From assembly GCA_039187085.1 (NCBI GenBank), contig JBCCZV010000002.1, positions 14,476 through 78,475 on the forward strand: a DNA stretch of 64,000 nucleotides. Reading direction: 5' to 3'. The notes under the pieces are model-generated. The model was not told the origin of the DNA and made no database searches. It saw only the letters and a program-made list of their open reading frames with translations. The stretch comes from Pseudomonadota bacterium (lineage in GTDB: Bacteria; Pseudomonadota; Gammaproteobacteria; Enterobacterales; JBCCZV01). A program made the translations under genes and the position numbers. Below, piece by piece: positions 10,501 through 21,495 of this stretch. Every line of letters begins with the position of its first letter. Position 1 is the stretch's first letter.

Positions 10501-11168
10501 TCTACTTCTAGTGAGGCGTCTACTGAATAGTACAATTCAACTTGACTTGCAGCACTTGCTTGTTCCCATACAATTGTATCAGGTGATAGCCAATAGGCTT
10601 CAGCCACTCCAATGATTAAAGGCTGCTCGCCTCCGACATCGTAAGAAACGACGGCATTACCATGGAAAGCGAAAAGATAGGCACCCTGCGTCAAGTCAAA
10701 CACTGAGTCTGCATCACCTAAAGCTTTTTCATCACCCTTGTGAATAATAAAGTTGAAACATTGTGTATCAGCAACAGTATCCAAAATAAAGTAAGCGCCA
10801 TACTGCTCACTAACTCCGTCACTTAATTTTGGAGTTGTCCATTCCACACCCTCCAGGCTGGATTCAGTTAGTCCATTACACGCGTCATCATTCCAAAGAT
10901 GCAGTCCCCAATCGGTATAATTACCGTCGTCACGTTTATAATAAATAGCGACTTGGTTTTCATTGAGCGTGACTAGCTCAGCTGTGCCAGTTTGCTCTCC
11001 GCCACCACTATTGTCTTCTGAACTGCCGGCGACTACTGGCAAAGAATTGGAACCTACGGTATCAATATCGACACCACAACTGGTCAATAGAATTGACACC
11101 AATGATAAATACATGGCGAGCGGTAAATGGTTTACTTTTAACTTTCGATGAAACCCTGCTTTTTTCAT
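7569..11168 (-). CDS. pulA: Type I pullulanase (GH13) lipoprotein with extra N- and C-terminal carbohydrate-binding-like regions
   Basis: 1199 aa with signal peptide plus lipobox LLTSC. GH13 conserved regions are present: VVYNHT, YRFDIMGHH, GEGWNF, YISKHDNQTLWD. The C-terminal part looks like a beta-sandwich (YIRGTLNEWG...YEFKVADADW). Confidence 0.9.
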   Translation of the reverse strand: MKKAGFHRKLKVNHLPLAMYLSLVSILLTSCGVDIDTVGSNSLPVVAGSSEDNSGGGEQTGTAELVTLNENQVAIYYKRDDGNYTDWGLHLWNDDACNGLTESSLEGVEWTTPKLSDGVSEQYGAYFILDTVADTQCFNFIIHKGDEKALGDADSVFDLTQGAYLFAFHGNAVVSYDVGGEQPLIIGVAEAYWLSPDTIVWEQASAASQVELYYSVDASLEVDDANKAVVGGDMLALGEGAISAADAAQFPHLQNLTAFSLNASTQQIKAILKGQVVVAAKNAQGEVTSIARIQKPGVIDDLYYYDGELGLVFGEEITFKLWAPTALEVNLHVFDANKNLMTGYPKALNDDDANGVWELSADETVDRAFYQYEITVYHPSSQQIETLMVTDPYSVSLSTNSLYSQVVNLDDADLKPEDWDTHTVNKVENPEDIVIYESHVRDFSINDSSVPAEMRGKYLAFTQSESTGMQHLKELQEAGVSHFHLLPVFDIATIDEENRVEITDTVGDLCAANPNASVCGDPDVSDTVIIASLLATYEPASENAQALMDDIRWLDGFNWGYDPFHFNTPEGSYATSAEGVTRIKEFREMVKSLHDANLNVVMDVVYNHTNASGLNDKSILDKVVPGYYHRLNNQGQVETSSCCDNTASEHRMMEKFMIDSLVLWTRHYKIDSYRFDIMGHHMKSHILAAREAVLEVDSGVYIYGEGWNFGEVADGARGENAIQVNMAGTGIGTFNDRLRDAVRGGGPFDSEQGLRINQGFANGLYSQPNELVGDEASQKSLLLELSDRMRVTMAGSLRDFVITDRFDTQLRGSEVDYFGGLTGYTSDPQETINYISKHDNQTLWDNNQYKIAKSVSTDDRVRMQILGLSVPILSQGIPFLHMGSELLRSKSMQRDSYDSGDWFNRVNFTKSSNNWNVGLPREDKDGLNWPVIRDIITDPFANPSSEHIIDTYDRFLELLRVRQDTKLIRLNTQEQILSRVDFKNTGSNQTPGVIIMTIDDGLGLEDIDTKYDAVLIAVNGSNQAVTFSDANYNGLQIHPILSTSVDEQQAAVIIDGENITIPALTTTVLVKLQGVEQGTGLPAGDNIVAPFGQTKVYIRGTLNEWGAPDNNQFIYGSDGIYTAMANLEVASYEFKVADADWAQVNLGLDGGIIEPGGAALTLAGSAGNITLDVTQPGLYEFVLNAKDLSSISLSVSLQN

Positions 11169-11478
11169 TGTAATTGCCTCCTGTTAAAGCATTGGCAGAA
11201 TTTAAAAGAAAAAAATTCTAAGCTTTTATTCAATATCAGCTTTCAAGCATGTAGGTTTTTTACCACAACTCATGTATTCAGATAAGACAAAAAAACAAAG
11301 CAGTGGTCTAACCGCAACCCAAAAAGAGGCAAATTTAAAATAAAAACTTCATAAATTGAACATTTTCTAGATAAGTTTAAAGACAGGGTTTGGTGTAATT
11401 TTATTACAAAATTTAAGGTATTTAAGGAAAAAAGCACTAAGGAAATGGCTCATTATAATTAACAAAAACAAAGCTTTT

Positions 11479-12798
11479 TTATTCATATTCAAAGGATAAT
11501 TGATAGCCTGGCTCCGCGATAAAGCCTTTAGTTATCCATAAATTAGGTGCAGCGACCAAGGTATCGTTATAAAAAATCAACGGCCACACATCTCTCATCC
11601 AAGGCTCTACTTGATATTCTTGGAAGAGTTTTTTTAATGTCTGCGAACGACCGCGCGACTCAGGATGAACACGCATATTTTCTTTACGAAAACGCAGAGT
11701 CACCTTTTCGTTTTTCAAAGGCTTTCTTAACCCTTTACTACTCATATTGCAACGTAACAAGTGAGTTGTATGACCCAAAGGATGTTGCGAGGCAAAAGTA
11801 AACTCCTGCATTTTAGGTGCGTTTAACTCTCTTGGCGTTAAGTATATGCGCTCTTTGTAAACACGTATCGTCCAGTCTTTCCAAGACACTTGTACCTGTG
11901 AGCCTGACTTAGGGGATTCACTTTGTGCTAGAAACGTATCGAGCCTTTTTTTTGGGATAGTGGGAATATTGAGTGATTTGAACCAGTAGCGTAACAAGTT
12001 GCGTTTTCTTGGCACAGAGAGTTGATTAAATTTTGTTAAGGTTAATTGCTTAAGCTGCAATAAAGAGTTTGATAAATCCTGTTGCGCAATTTCTTGCAAA
12101 ATCTGTAAATCGTCTGCACAAAGTTGACTCGTTCTAACGATGGCAGGATTAGCAGCAGGCCAGCGCTTTTGCAATTGAGGCAAGATATGATGTCGCAAAA
12201 AGTTTCTATCAAACTCTTTATTGTTATTCGAAGGATCATCTACCCAAGTTAACTGAAAATACTCCGCGTAAGATTGCAAATCTTTATAGGGAACATGCAA
12301 TAAAGGCCTATCATGGCAAGCTTGCTTGAACACTTTGCTCAGTGGCATTGCAGCTAAACCTGATACACCGGAACCTCGCATAACATTGAGTAAAAACGTT
12401 TCCGCTTGATCATTCTGATGATGACCTGTTACTAAATGCTCTCCCGTTTTTAAATGCATTGCAAAGGCATGGTAGCGTGCTATTCGCGCCGCTTCTTCAG
12501 GGCTTTGTTTAGGTTTGGGGGTTGCATCGACTTTTAGAGAAACAAAAGGAATACGTCGTGTTTCGCAAAAATCGCGACAATGCTCACCCCACATGGATGA
12601 CAAGGGTTGCAAACCATGATCAACATAAATGGCACGCAATTGACATAACGGCTCACGGAGCAGCTCATACCATAACGCATGCAGCAACACAGTGGAATCC
12701 ATGCCGCCGCTAAACCCTACATTGAGCGTGGTTCCTTGAGGTAGTTGTTTTACATACTCACAAATGGCATGCGCAATTGTATTTAGTGTGCTGCCCAT
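11479..12798 (-). CDS. tilS: tRNA(Ile)-lysidine synthase
   Basis: 439 aa with the PP-loop motif GFSGGMDS near the N-terminus. Its position after accA is the conserved gammaproteobacterial synteny. Confidence 0.9.
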   Translation of the reverse strand: MGSTLNTIAHAICEYVKQLPQGTTLNVGFSGGMDSTVLLHALWYELLREPLCQLRAIYVDHGLQPLSSMWGEHCRDFCETRRIPFVSLKVDATPKPKQSPEEAARIARYHAFAMHLKTGEHLVTGHHQNDQAETFLLNVMRGSGVSGLAAMPLSKVFKQACHDRPLLHVPYKDLQSYAEYFQLTWVDDPSNNNKEFDRNFLRHHILPQLQKRWPAANPAIVRTSQLCADDLQILQEIAQQDLSNSLLQLKQLTLTKFNQLSVPRKRNLLRYWFKSLNIPTIPKKRLDTFLAQSESPKSGSQVQVSWKDWTIRVYKERIYLTPRELNAPKMQEFTFASQHPLGHTTHLLRCNMSSKGLRKPLKNEKVTLRFRKENMRVHPESRGRSQTLKKLFQEYQVEPWMRDVWPLIFYNDTLVAAPNLWITKGFIAEPGYQLSFEYE

Positions 12799-13751
12799 TC
12801 TTCACGGCGACCATAATCCATCAAACGCTGATAGCGCCTTTCGAGCAAATCGTCTGGGGAATAAAGAAGAAGATCATCTAAATCTGCTGATAAACGTCTT
12901 TTAAGATGAGATGCAGCTGCTTGCCAATCACGGTGAGCACCTCCTAAAGGCTCATCAATAATGTTATCGATCAAACCTAATTCAATGAGTCTATCAGCTG
13001 TAATCCCCATAGCCGCCGCCGCATCTTGTGCTTTATCAGCACTTTTCCATAAAATAGATGCACAGCCTTCCGGGGAAATGACCGAATAAGTGCTATACTT
13101 GAGCATATTGACTTTATCACCCACCCCAATCGCTAAAGCTCCTCCGGACCCACCTTCACCAATCACCGTACATATCACTGGTATTTTTAAGCGTGACATC
13201 ACTTTCAAATTTTTGGCGATAGCTTCAGCTTGGCCGCGTTCTTCAGCTCCTACACCTGGATATGCACCTGGCGTATCAATGAAGGTAATAATGGGTAACT
13301 TAAATCGTTCCGCCATCGACATAAGTCGCAATGCTTTTCGATACCCTTCGGGTCTTGGCATGCCAAAATTACGCTGAATTTTTTCTTTAGTGTCGCGGCC
13401 TTTATGATGACCAATAACCATAACAGGTTTATCATTTAATCGTGCAGTCCCACCAACTATAGCGAAGTCATTTGCAAAATTACGGTCTCCCATAATTTCG
13501 TCAAATTCTGTAAAAATTTCATCGACGTAATCTAAAGTATAAGGTCTTCTAGGATGCCGTGCTAATTGGGCAATTTGCCATGCATCGAGTTCTGAAAAGA
13601 GTTGTTTTGTCAGCTCAGTACTTTTTGCTTTTAGTCGAGCTATTTCTTCATTGATGTTAATTTCTGAATCATGTCCGAGCTGCCTTAGGACATCAATTTG
13701 TTCTTCTAGCTCAGCAATGGGTTTTTCAAATTCTAAAAAGTTCAAACTCAT
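12783..13751 (-). CDS. accA: Acetyl-CoA carboxylase carboxyltransferase alpha subunit
   Basis: 322 aa starting [16 protein letters not shown]. It contains ...[24 protein letters not shown]..., which is diagnostic of AccA. Confidence 0.95.
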   Translation of the reverse strand: MSLNFLEFEKPIAELEEQIDVLRQLGHDSEININEEIARLKAKSTELTKQLFSELDAWQIAQLARHPRRPYTLDYVDEIFTEFDEIMGDRNFANDFAIVGGTARLNDKPVMVIGHHKGRDTKEKIQRNFGMPRPEGYRKALRLMSMAERFKLPIITFIDTPGAYPGVGAEERGQAEAIAKNLKVMSRLKIPVICTVIGEGGSGGALAIGVGDKVNMLKYSTYSVISPEGCASILWKSADKAQDAAAAMGITADRLIELGLIDNIIDEPLGGAHRDWQAAASHLKRRLSADLDDLLLYSPDDLLERRYQRLMDYGRREEWAAH

Positions 13752-13893
13752 GAAGCTAATCTCTATTTTCTAGTGAATCATTGTTCTTTGCTTTATCGCT
13801 GCCAGCGAGCATAATGCAAGTTTACGCGAATACCTAATAGTTTTCAGTACATCAGACCAGTCAATGCTTTATTATCAATAGCTTATTGTACTC

Positions 13894-16800
13894 TTAATAA
13901 TCCACAGTAACAGCATCAATACCTTTCAAATGCTTTAAACGATTTAAACACTCATGATGAGGAATAATCCGCCATTCGTCACCTAATTTAATATTGGCTT
14001 CCGCTTGGTGGTTTTTATAATGAATAAAAACCGGACAGCTTCCAGAACGGTAAGGCTCAAGAATTTGCCGCAACTCGTCGCAATAGCCCGGTTTAAGGTT
14101 TTCTGAAAGTAAACGTATTGTGATATGTTTCGCGAAACGTTCACGAGCGACTTCGATGGGAAAGATTTGTTTAGCGCTGGCTCTTAACCCTTGGTTAAAA
14201 TCATCAGGTGAAATATCACCTTCAATAACAAGTACGGCATCTTTTTGCATCAAGGCAAAACTTTCCTCATACAATTCTCCAAAAACCGTAGCTTCTATTC
14301 TTCCGCTGCGATCATCCAGAGTTAATACTGCCATTTTACCACCACGTCGTGTTTTGATGTGTTTAACATTAACTACCAAGCCAGCAATTCGAGTCGACTG
14401 GTCACGCCTAGTTGGCACACATTGGGCAATACGCTTTGGAATGAAACGGCTCAATTCTTCAATGTATTGATCAATGGGATGTCCCGTAAGATACAAACCC
14501 AAAGTGTCTTTCTCAGATTGTAATTTGTAATCATCAGGCCACTCTTCGGAAGGCACCCAAGTAACAGGGCTCGCCCCCATAGTATTTTCGTCAAAAACGC
14601 CAAAAAGATCCTGTTGACCATGAGCACGGTCACGCGATAACTGTTCTGCAGCTTTCATTGCTTCAGGTAATGAAGCCATCATGATAGCTCGGCTCGGACC
14701 TAAATTGTCCAAAGCACCTGCTTTAATGAGTGATTCGATAACACGCTTATTGGTTTTTCTTGAGTCGACTCGTTGACAAAAATCAAATAAATCTTTGTAA
14801 GTCCCGTTAGCTTCTCGTTCTTGGATAATACCTTGAATTGCTGCTTCACCCACTCCTTTTATAGCCCCAATTCCGTAAACAATATTCTGGTTATCATCGA
14901 TAGTAAATCTATGCTGTCCGACATTAACATCTGGAGGAATAACAGTGAGTTGCATCGAATGGCATTCTTCGATAAGTGTTACTACTTTATCGGTATTGTC
15001 CATATCTGCTGATAAAACCGCAGACATAAAAGCCGCCGGGAAGTGCGTTTTAAGCCATGCTGTCTGGTATGAGACTAGCGCATAGGCAGCCGAATGCGAT
15101 TTATTAAAACCGTATTTGGCAAACTCTGCCATCAAGTCAAAAATCTCTTTAGCGAGCTTGGGATCAACACCTGCAGCAGAGGCACCTTCAACAAATAATT
15201 TGCCTTGTTGTTCCATCACCTCCGCTTTTTTCTTACCCATTGCTCGTCGCAATAAATCCGCAGCACCCAGACTAAAACCGGCGAGAACCTGGGCGATTTG
15301 CATGACTTGCTCTTGATACAATATAGTGCCGTAGGTAGGCTTTAAAATGTTTTCTAAATTTGGATGTGGGTACTTAACCGCTTCTCTGCCATGTTTACGA
15401 TTAATAAAATCGTCAACCATCCCCGAACCCAAAGGACCAGGACGAAACAAAGCAACCAAAGCGATGATATCTTCAAAACAACTAGGTTGAAGACGTTTAA
15501 TTAGCTCTTTCATACCACGTGATTCCAACTGGAAAACAGCCGTAGTTTCAGCTTTTTTCAACAAAGTGAATGTTGCTTTGTCGTCCATGGGAATCCGTTC
15601 AATTTCGATGGGATTTTTCTGTTCGCGTAAACGTGTATCGTTAATCGTTTTTAAAGCCCAATCAATAATTGTTAACGTTCTAAGACCTAAAAAGTCAAAC
15701 TTAACCAAACCTACCGCTTCTACATCATCTTTATCGAATTGGGAGACCAGACTACCACCTGACTCATCACAAAACAGGGGGGTAAAGTCTGTGAGTTTGG
15801 AAGGAGCGATAACGACACCACCCGCATGCTTTCCAGCATTACGAGCAACCCCTTCTAACACTCGGGCTAAATCCCAAACTTCTTTAACTTCTTCATCCGA
15901 GTCATACCATTCTCGTAACGCTTCCTCTTGTTCAAAGGCTTTTTCTAGTGTCATTCCAATTTCAAAAGGTATTAATTTAGCCAGTCGATCACAGAAACCA
16001 TAAGGCTTACTTAACACTCTTCCTACATCACGGACTACAGCTTTCGCAGCCATTGTCCCAAATGTAATAATTTGCGATACACTATCTCGACCGTATTTTC
16101 TTGCTACATAATCAATGACGTTATCACGGCCATCCATGCAGAAATCAATATCGAAGTCTGGCATAGATACCCTTTCTGGGTTCAAAAAGCGCTCGAAAAG
16201 TAAATCAAACTCTAGAGGATCTAAATCGGTAATTTTTAAAGCGTAAGCAACCAAAGACCCGGCACCAGATCCTCTTCCTGGACCAACAGGAATCGCATTG
16301 TTTTTTGACCACTGAATAAAGTCAGCAACAATTAAAAAGTACCCAGGAAAACCCATTTGATTAATGACATCCAATTCAACTTCAAGACGATCGATATATT
16401 CTTGCTTTTTAGTCGAATAATTTCCATCTTCTGGATTCAATAAAACGCTTAACCTTTCTTCAAGGCCTTCACGCGATACCTTGCAGAAATAAGACTCTAT
16501 CGTCATACCCTCAGGAATGGGGAAGTCCGGCAAGAAGTACTCATCTAAACGTAATGACACATTACAGCGTTTAGCAATCTCAACCGTATTTTCCAAGGCT
16601 GAAGGAATATCTTCAAATAATGCCAACATCTCTTCATTGGTACGCAAATATTGTTGTGGAGAGTAGTCTTTGGGACGACGTGGATCGGCTAAAACTCGAC
16701 CTTGGTTAATACACACTCTTGCTTCGTGTGCATCAAAATCTGACTCAGCAATAAATCTCACGTCGTTGGTAGCCACTAGTGGAAGTTGTTGTTGATGGGC

Positions 16801-17361
16801 TAAATCCACGGCTAGATGTAAATACTCTTCTTCAGACTCACGCCCGGTACGTGATATTTCTAAATAAAAATTATCAGGGAAGTGAGCTTTCCAAAATGTT
16901 AATCGCTTCGCCACCAATTCTTGGTTATTAGACAAGAGTGCTTTTCCCACATCCCCCATAAAACCGCCTGATAAGACGATGATACCGCTAGCATACTTAA
17001 CTAACCATTCTCTATTCACAATGGGCACACCTTGCTGTTGTCCCTGTTGATAAGCTTTAGAAATTATTGAAGTGACATTTGCGTAACCTTGATTATTTTG
17101 GCTTAATAAAGTCGCACGATAAATATTTTCATCACTACTGCTATCTTTTATGAGAATATCTGTACCAATAATGGGTTTAACACGGGCTCCTAAGCAAGCT
17201 CGGTAAAACTTGATCAAACCAAACAAATTATTCTGGTCAGTTATCGCAACCGCTGGCATATTGTTGGCAACACAATGCTTAATTAATGGTTTAATTCTTA
17301 CAATACCATCAACAAGTGAATACTCAGAGTGTAATCGTAAATGAACAAAGCTCGGCGCCAT
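13894..17361 (-). CDS. dnaE: DNA polymerase III alpha subunit
   Basis: 1155 aa with an N-terminal PHP domain (FVHLRLHSEYSLVDG). The core has PDFDIDF and GLVKFDFLGL motifs, and there is a C-terminal OB region. Confidence 0.97.
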   Translation of the reverse strand: MAPSFVHLRLHSEYSLVDGIVRIKPLIKHCVANNMPAVAITDQNNLFGLIKFYRACLGARVKPIIGTDILIKDSSSDENIYRATLLSQNNQGYANVTSIISKAYQQGQQQGVPIVNREWLVKYASGIIVLSGGFMGDVGKALLSNNQELVAKRLTFWKAHFPDNFYLEISRTGRESEEEYLHLAVDLAHQQQLPLVATNDVRFIAESDFDAHEARVCINQGRVLADPRRPKDYSPQQYLRTNEEMLALFEDIPSALENTVEIAKRCNVSLRLDEYFLPDFPIPEGMTIESYFCKVSREGLEERLSVLLNPEDGNYSTKKQEYIDRLEVELDVINQMGFPGYFLIVADFIQWSKNNAIPVGPGRGSGAGSLVAYALKITDLDPLEFDLLFERFLNPERVSMPDFDIDFCMDGRDNVIDYVARKYGRDSVSQIITFGTMAAKAVVRDVGRVLSKPYGFCDRLAKLIPFEIGMTLEKAFEQEEALREWYDSDEEVKEVWDLARVLEGVARNAGKHAGGVVIAPSKLTDFTPLFCDESGGSLVSQFDKDDVEAVGLVKFDFLGLRTLTIIDWALKTINDTRLREQKNPIEIERIPMDDKATFTLLKKAETTAVFQLESRGMKELIKRLQPSCFEDIIALVALFRPGPLGSGMVDDFINRKHGREAVKYPHPNLENILKPTYGTILYQEQVMQIAQVLAGFSLGAADLLRRAMGKKKAEVMEQQGKLFVEGASAAGVDPKLAKEIFDLMAEFAKYGFNKSHSAAYALVSYQTAWLKTHFPAAFMSAVLSADMDNTDKVVTLIEECHSMQLTVIPPDVNVGQHRFTIDDNQNIVYGIGAIKGVGEAAIQGIIQEREANGTYKDLFDFCQRVDSRKTNKRVIESLIKAGALDNLGPSRAIMMASLPEAMKAAEQLSRDRAHGQQDLFGVFDENTMGASPVTWVPSEEWPDDYKLQSEKDTLGLYLTGHPIDQYIEELSRFIPKRIAQCVPTRRDQSTRIAGLVVNVKHIKTRRGGKMAVLTLDDRSGRIEATVFGELYEESFALMQKDAVLVIEGDISPDDFNQGLRASAKQIFPIEVARERFAKHITIRLLSENLKPGYCDELRQILEPYRSGSCPVFIHYKNHQAEANIKLGDEWRIIPHHECLNRLKHLKGIDAVTVDY

Positions 17362-17416
17362 GAAATAATCTACCTAGTGTTTTAAGTATAAAATGAATAA
17401 AGAATGGTTTAGTTAA

Positions 17417-17998
17417 TTAATTTAATTCAATACAGCGAGCTACTGGCCGAAAAGAACGACGATGTATATCTAACACACCATATTTTTCAATCGCTTCTCT
17501 GTGTTTTTTAGTTGGGTAGCCTTTATGATCAGCAAAGCCATATTCAGGGTGTTTATCATGCCATACCAACATATCTCTATCGCGCGCGACTTTTGCGAGA
17601 ATAGAAGCGGCACCAATACAGGGCTCACTTAAATCTCCTTTGACGATCGCTTCAGCCGTAATAGAAATATTGGGTGTATGCTTACCATCTACTAACACTT
17701 TATCAAGCGTTACATTTAATGATTCAACAGCTCTTTTCATAGCTAACATAGTCGCTTGAAAAATATTAAGCCGATCAATTTCTTCCACTTCCGCCTGAGA
17801 GATCGACCATGCTAAGGCTTCTTCTTGAATAATACTGAATAAGTTTTCTCGTTTTTTTGCCGATAGTTTTTTAGAATCCGTAATGCCGACTATAGGCTTG
17901 TTCTCATTGAGAACAACCGCCGCCGCAAAAACAGGGCCCGCAAGAGGTCCTCTACCGGCTTCATCAACACCTGCAATTTTCATTACTTTTTTCCTCAA
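17417..17998 (-). CDS. rnhB: Ribonuclease HII
   Basis: It contains [16 protein letters not shown], the active-site motif. The true start may be the second Met (17983). The gene overlaps the lpxB 3' end. Confidence 0.93.
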   Translation of the reverse strand: MRKKVMKIAGVDEAGRGPLAGPVFAAAVVLNENKPIVGITDSKKLSAKKRENLFSIIQEEALAWSISQAEVEEIDRLNIFQATMLAMKRAVESLNVTLDKVLVDGKHTPNISITAEAIVKGDLSEPCIGAASILAKVARDRDMLVWHDKHPEYGFADHKGYPTKKHREAIEKYGVLDIHRRSFRPVARCIELN

Positions 17999-19118
17999 GC
18001 AAGCAACTTATGGCTTCCGCCGCCTTCTGGTCAGCATTTCGTTTTAATAATGTATGTACATTATGGAAAGCGTGAATAGTATCTTTCGTGGTGTCTTGCC
18101 TAAATGTATCCAATACAGAATCGGCTATCACTAATGGGTTAGCTTCATCTTGTATAAATTCTGGAACCAAAGGTTTTTTTGTCAATAAATTAGGAATAGC
18201 AAACTTATCGATTTTTACTAAATGTTTTGCCAACATATACGTCAGTTGAGAAACCTTGTAAGCCACAACCATCGGTTTTTTTAGCAATGTTGCTTCAAGG
18301 GTAGCTGTTCCTGAAGCCAGTAACACACTGTCAGAAGCAATCATCACTTTTCTATTTTGATGGCTATCAAAATACTTAACCGTCAATCCAGGAATTTGTG
18401 CTTCGTATTGTTGTAATTCACGACGAATTTTTTCATTAACACAAGGGACAATAATTTTTAACTCAGGCAGTTTATCGCGACATAACTGTGCTACTTCAAA
18501 AAAAAGTTTACCCAACATTTTCACTTCACTCATACGACTTCCAGGCAGCACTGCTAACACTTGATCTTTTTCTGAAATATTAAGTTTTGAACGAGCAAGT
18601 AACTTATCATTTTCGAGAGGTATTTGATCCGCTAACGGATGCCCTACACAACTCACTCTTAAATGATGGTCTAAATAAAATTTTTCCTCAAAAGGAAATA
18701 AAACCAGCATTAAATCAACAGCTTGTTTAATTTTATGTATGCGATTGGAACGCCATGCCCAAACAGAAGGACTGACGTAATGACAAGTAAGAATACCATG
18801 TTTTTTTAGCTGCAATTCTAGACCAGTATTAAACTCTGGCGCATCGATGCCTATAAATAAATCAGGAGGTTTTTTTTTCCAACGTTTTATAAGCTGGAGT
18901 CTCAAAAGATATAAATCTGGGACACGCAACAAAACATTAAAGATACCCATGACGGCAAGTTTTTCCATAGAAAAAAAACTTTTGCAGCCTTCAGCTTGCA
19001 TTAAAGGACCTGCAATCCCCTCAAAGCTTGCTTCCGGGTATTTTTGTTTTAATGACCGAATGAGGCCAGCGCCGAGAATGTCTCCCGATGCCTCACCTGC
19101 AACAATGGCTACATGCAT
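17964..19118 (-). CDS. lpxB: Lipid-A-disaccharide synthase
   Basis: 384 aa with N-terminus [18 protein letters not shown], typical of LpxB. It sits in the conserved lpxA-lpxB-rnhB order. Confidence 0.93.
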   Translation of the reverse strand: MHVAIVAGEASGDILGAGLIRSLKQKYPEASFEGIAGPLMQAEGCKSFFSMEKLAVMGIFNVLLRVPDLYLLRLQLIKRWKKKPPDLFIGIDAPEFNTGLELQLKKHGILTCHYVSPSVWAWRSNRIHKIKQAVDLMLVLFPFEEKFYLDHHLRVSCVGHPLADQIPLENDKLLARSKLNISEKDQVLAVLPGSRMSEVKMLGKLFFEVAQLCRDKLPELKIIVPCVNEKIRRELQQYEAQIPGLTVKYFDSHQNRKVMIASDSVLLASGTATLEATLLKKPMVVAYKVSQLTYMLAKHLVKIDKFAIPNLLTKKPLVPEFIQDEANPLVIADSVLDTFRQDTTKDTIHAFHNVHTLLKRNADQKAAEAISCLLEEKSNENCRC

Positions 19119-19200
19119 TGCTTACCTCACAAGTTAAAAACTTTATGAATATCTCACACCGGTAAGAGACCTAAAAACCCATGATACGGTCGTTATATAC

Positions 19201-19971
19201 CTAGCGGATAATACCTCGAGAAGAATTGCTGATAAATTCTCTTAATATTTCTAACTCTGGGAATTGTTTGCTCTTGAGTTTAAGTAACTCAAGGGCTTGA
19301 GTGACTGTGTTTCCTTGACGATAAACAACTTTGTAAGCTCTTTTTATTTCAAGAATAGTATCCGCGGAAAAACCTCGGCGACTTAAGCCTTCCGTGTTTA
19401 ATCCTTTTGGTAAGGCTGGTTGCCCCATCGCCATAACATAGGGGGGAACATCTTTTACTACACCTGATTGCATACCAATAAAGGCATGTGCACCAATGTG
19501 GCAAAATTGGTGGGCTCCTGAAAAGCCAGCCATAATCGCCCAGTCGCTAACGTGGACGTGCCCAGCTAAAGTCACGGCATTCGCCAATATTACGTTATCT
19601 CCAACGACACAATCATGAGCAACGTGGACGTAAGCCATCAACAAATTGTGGCTACCTACTTGGGTTTTCCCCAAATCTTGTGCTGTACCTCGATTGATAC
19701 TGCAATATTCTCGAATAATATTATTATCACCAATTTCCAGATGGGTGTTTTCACCAGCATATTTTTTATCTTGGGGATCGTCACCAATGGAACAAAACTG
19801 GAAGATTCGATTATTTTTGCCTATTTTGGTTGGACCTTTAATGACGGTGTTAGGGCCAATCCAACAGCCTTCACCAATCACAACATCAGGTCCTATAATA
19901 GCGAAGGGCTCCACAACAACTGACTCATGCAGTTGTGCGTTAGAATCAATAATAGCCTGACTGCTAATCAC
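19201..19971 (-). CDS. lpxA: UDP-N-acetylglucosamine O-acyltransferase
   Basis: 256 aa with left-handed beta-helix hexapeptide repeats. The C-terminal helical domain and synteny match LpxA. Confidence 0.93.
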   Translation of the reverse strand: MISSQAIIDSNAQLHESVVVEPFAIIGPDVVIGEGCWIGPNTVIKGPTKIGKNNRIFQFCSIGDDPQDKKYAGENTHLEIGDNNIIREYCSINRGTAQDLGKTQVGSHNLLMAYVHVAHDCVVGDNVILANAVTLAGHVHVSDWAIMAGFSGAHQFCHIGAHAFIGMQSGVVKDVPPYVMAMGQPALPKGLNTEGLSRRGFSADTILEIKRAYKVVYRQGNTVTQALELLKLKSKQFPELEILREFISNSSRGIIR

Positions 19972-20450
19972 TCATCCATCCCCTTTGCCACACACATTAA
20001 ATCAGCACAGCAAACGAGTTTATCATTGACTAAAGCTTGTGCCTTATATTTTGCTGCTCTTCGCTTTAGTTTTTCAAGCTCAACTTGCAAAACTAGCTGA
20101 TCGCCAGGGACAACAGGCTGCTTAAAACGCGTGTTATCAACACTTGCAAGATAATATAGAAACTCCTCTTCCCTACCGCTATCTAAAGATAAAAAGGATA
20201 AAATCCCTGTGGCTTGAGCCAGAGACTCAATAATTAATACCCCAGGAAAAACCGGGCGCTGAGGAAAATGACCGGTGAAACAAGGTTCATTTATCGTCAC
20301 ATTTTTTACACCATGCAAATATTCACCAACTTTGTAATCCGTAACTTTATCTATCAGCAAAAAAGGGTATCTATGCGGCAATAATTTCATTATTGCGTTG
20401 ACGTCAAGTGTTTTCACCGCACATTCTTCACGTATTTCATTCATTGCCAT
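19968..20450 (-). CDS. fabZ: 3-hydroxyacyl-ACP dehydratase
   Basis: It contains LLPHRYPFLLIDKV...NEPCFTGHFPQRPVFPGVLIIESLAQA, the hot-dog dehydratase signature. Confidence 0.95.
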   Translation of the reverse strand: MAMNEIREECAVKTLDVNAIMKLLPHRYPFLLIDKVTDYKVGEYLHGVKNVTINEPCFTGHFPQRPVFPGVLIIESLAQATGILSFLSLDSGREEEFLYYLASVDNTRFKQPVVPGDQLVLQVELEKLKRRAAKYKAQALVNDKLVCCADLMCVAKGMDE

Positions 20451-21495
20451 TATCGAAATCTTCTTTGACTATTTTTTCTAACTTTGCTAATCGGCGCTCC
20501 ATCTCATAGAGATGCTTGAATCGGCTCGCGTTTTTCTTCCAAGATCGATTGTCATCCATAATAGTACCTGACGACACCACAGCGCCTTTTTGTTTGACCG
20601 ATTTATTAACAAACGTTCGACCTGTCACTTGCACACTATCACTCACTCGAATGTGACCGTTAATACCTACACCGCCGGCAATCATACAATGTTTTCCGAT
20701 TTTTGTACTCCCTGCAATAGCGCTACAGCCAGCCATAATACTGTGCTCTCCAATTTCTACGTTGTGAGCAACGTGACACATGTTGTCAATTTTAACACCA
20801 TTACCAATTACCGTGTTAGTAATAGCACCACGATCAATCGTCGTGTTAGCACCTATTTCTACATAGTTACCTAGAATCACACTACCTAATTGCGGGATTT
20901 TTTCCCACTGCCCTTGATTATTGGCAAAACCAAAACCATCGGCGCCTATAACAGCTCCGCTATGAATAATCGAACCATCGCCAATTTCAACGCCATGATA
21001 AATCGTAACATTGGCATGTATCCTAACATCCTTACCAATTTTACACTGCGGACCAATAACACAACCCGCTCCGATAAGCGTTTTTTCGCCAATTTGGGTA
21101 TCTGCACCAATAACAGAAAGGGCACCAATTGAACAAGTACTTGATACAGCGACACTTTGGTCAATAACAGCACTATCATCCACTCCAGATGATGACTTCG
21201 GCGTTGTATCCATCAATTTTGCTGCACGCGCATAGGCCAAATAGGGATCATCTACGACTATCCAAGTGCATTGCTTGTGATCGAGAACCATTGCTTCAGT
21301 CACAATTATGATGCCTGCTAAACAGGATTCTAATTGGTGAGTGCGTTTGGGATCAGATAAAAACGTTAAATCGCTGGAAGCAGCGGAACCGATATCGGCG
21401 ATACGGGAAACACAGACCTCGTTATTTCCAATGCAACGGCCGCCAACTTGAGATGCTATGGTGGCTGCCGTCCATTCATGATTAACAGTTCCCAT
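20437..21495 (-). CDS. lpxD: UDP-3-O-acylglucosamine N-acyltransferase
   Basis: 352 aa with an extended hexapeptide-repeat core. Its position between skp and fabZ fits LpxD. Confidence 0.93.
   Translation of the reverse strand: MGTVNHEWTAATIASQVGGRCIGNNEVCVSRIADIGSAASSDLTFLSDPKRTHQLESCLAGIIIVTEAMVLDHKQCTWIVVDDPYLAYARAAKLMDTTPKSSSGVDDSAVIDQSVAVSSTCSIGALSVIGADTQIGEKTLIGAGCVIGPQCKIGKDVRIHANVTIYHGVEIGDGSIIHSGAVIGADGFGFANNQGQWEKIPQLGSVILGNYVEIGANTTIDRGAITNTVIGNGVKIDNMCHVAHNVEIGEHSIMAGCSAIAGSTKIGKHCMIAGGVGINGHIRVSDSVQVTGRTFVNKSVKQKGAVVSSGTIMDDNRSWKKNASRFKHLYEMERRLAKLEKIVKEDFDNGNE

Noticed and set aside
15566-16003. 145-aa antisense ORF inside dnaE, and the similar 142-aa ORF at 24141..24569 antisense to bamA
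   Set aside because: The translations are Ser/Thr/Arg-rich and low-complexity, with no start context and no recognisable family. They are nested in essential genes with unambiguous frames, so they are typical shadow ORFs.
19615-21235. Several long antisense ORFs (74-104 aa) inside lpxA and lpxD (19615..19923, 19646..19960, 20590..20874, 20890..21132, 21011..21235, 20946..21179)
   Set aside because: Hexapeptide-repeat (left-handed beta-helix) coding sequence is periodic and codon-biased, which keeps alternative frames open. The products are low-complexity, lack RBSs and lie fully inside strongly supported genes.
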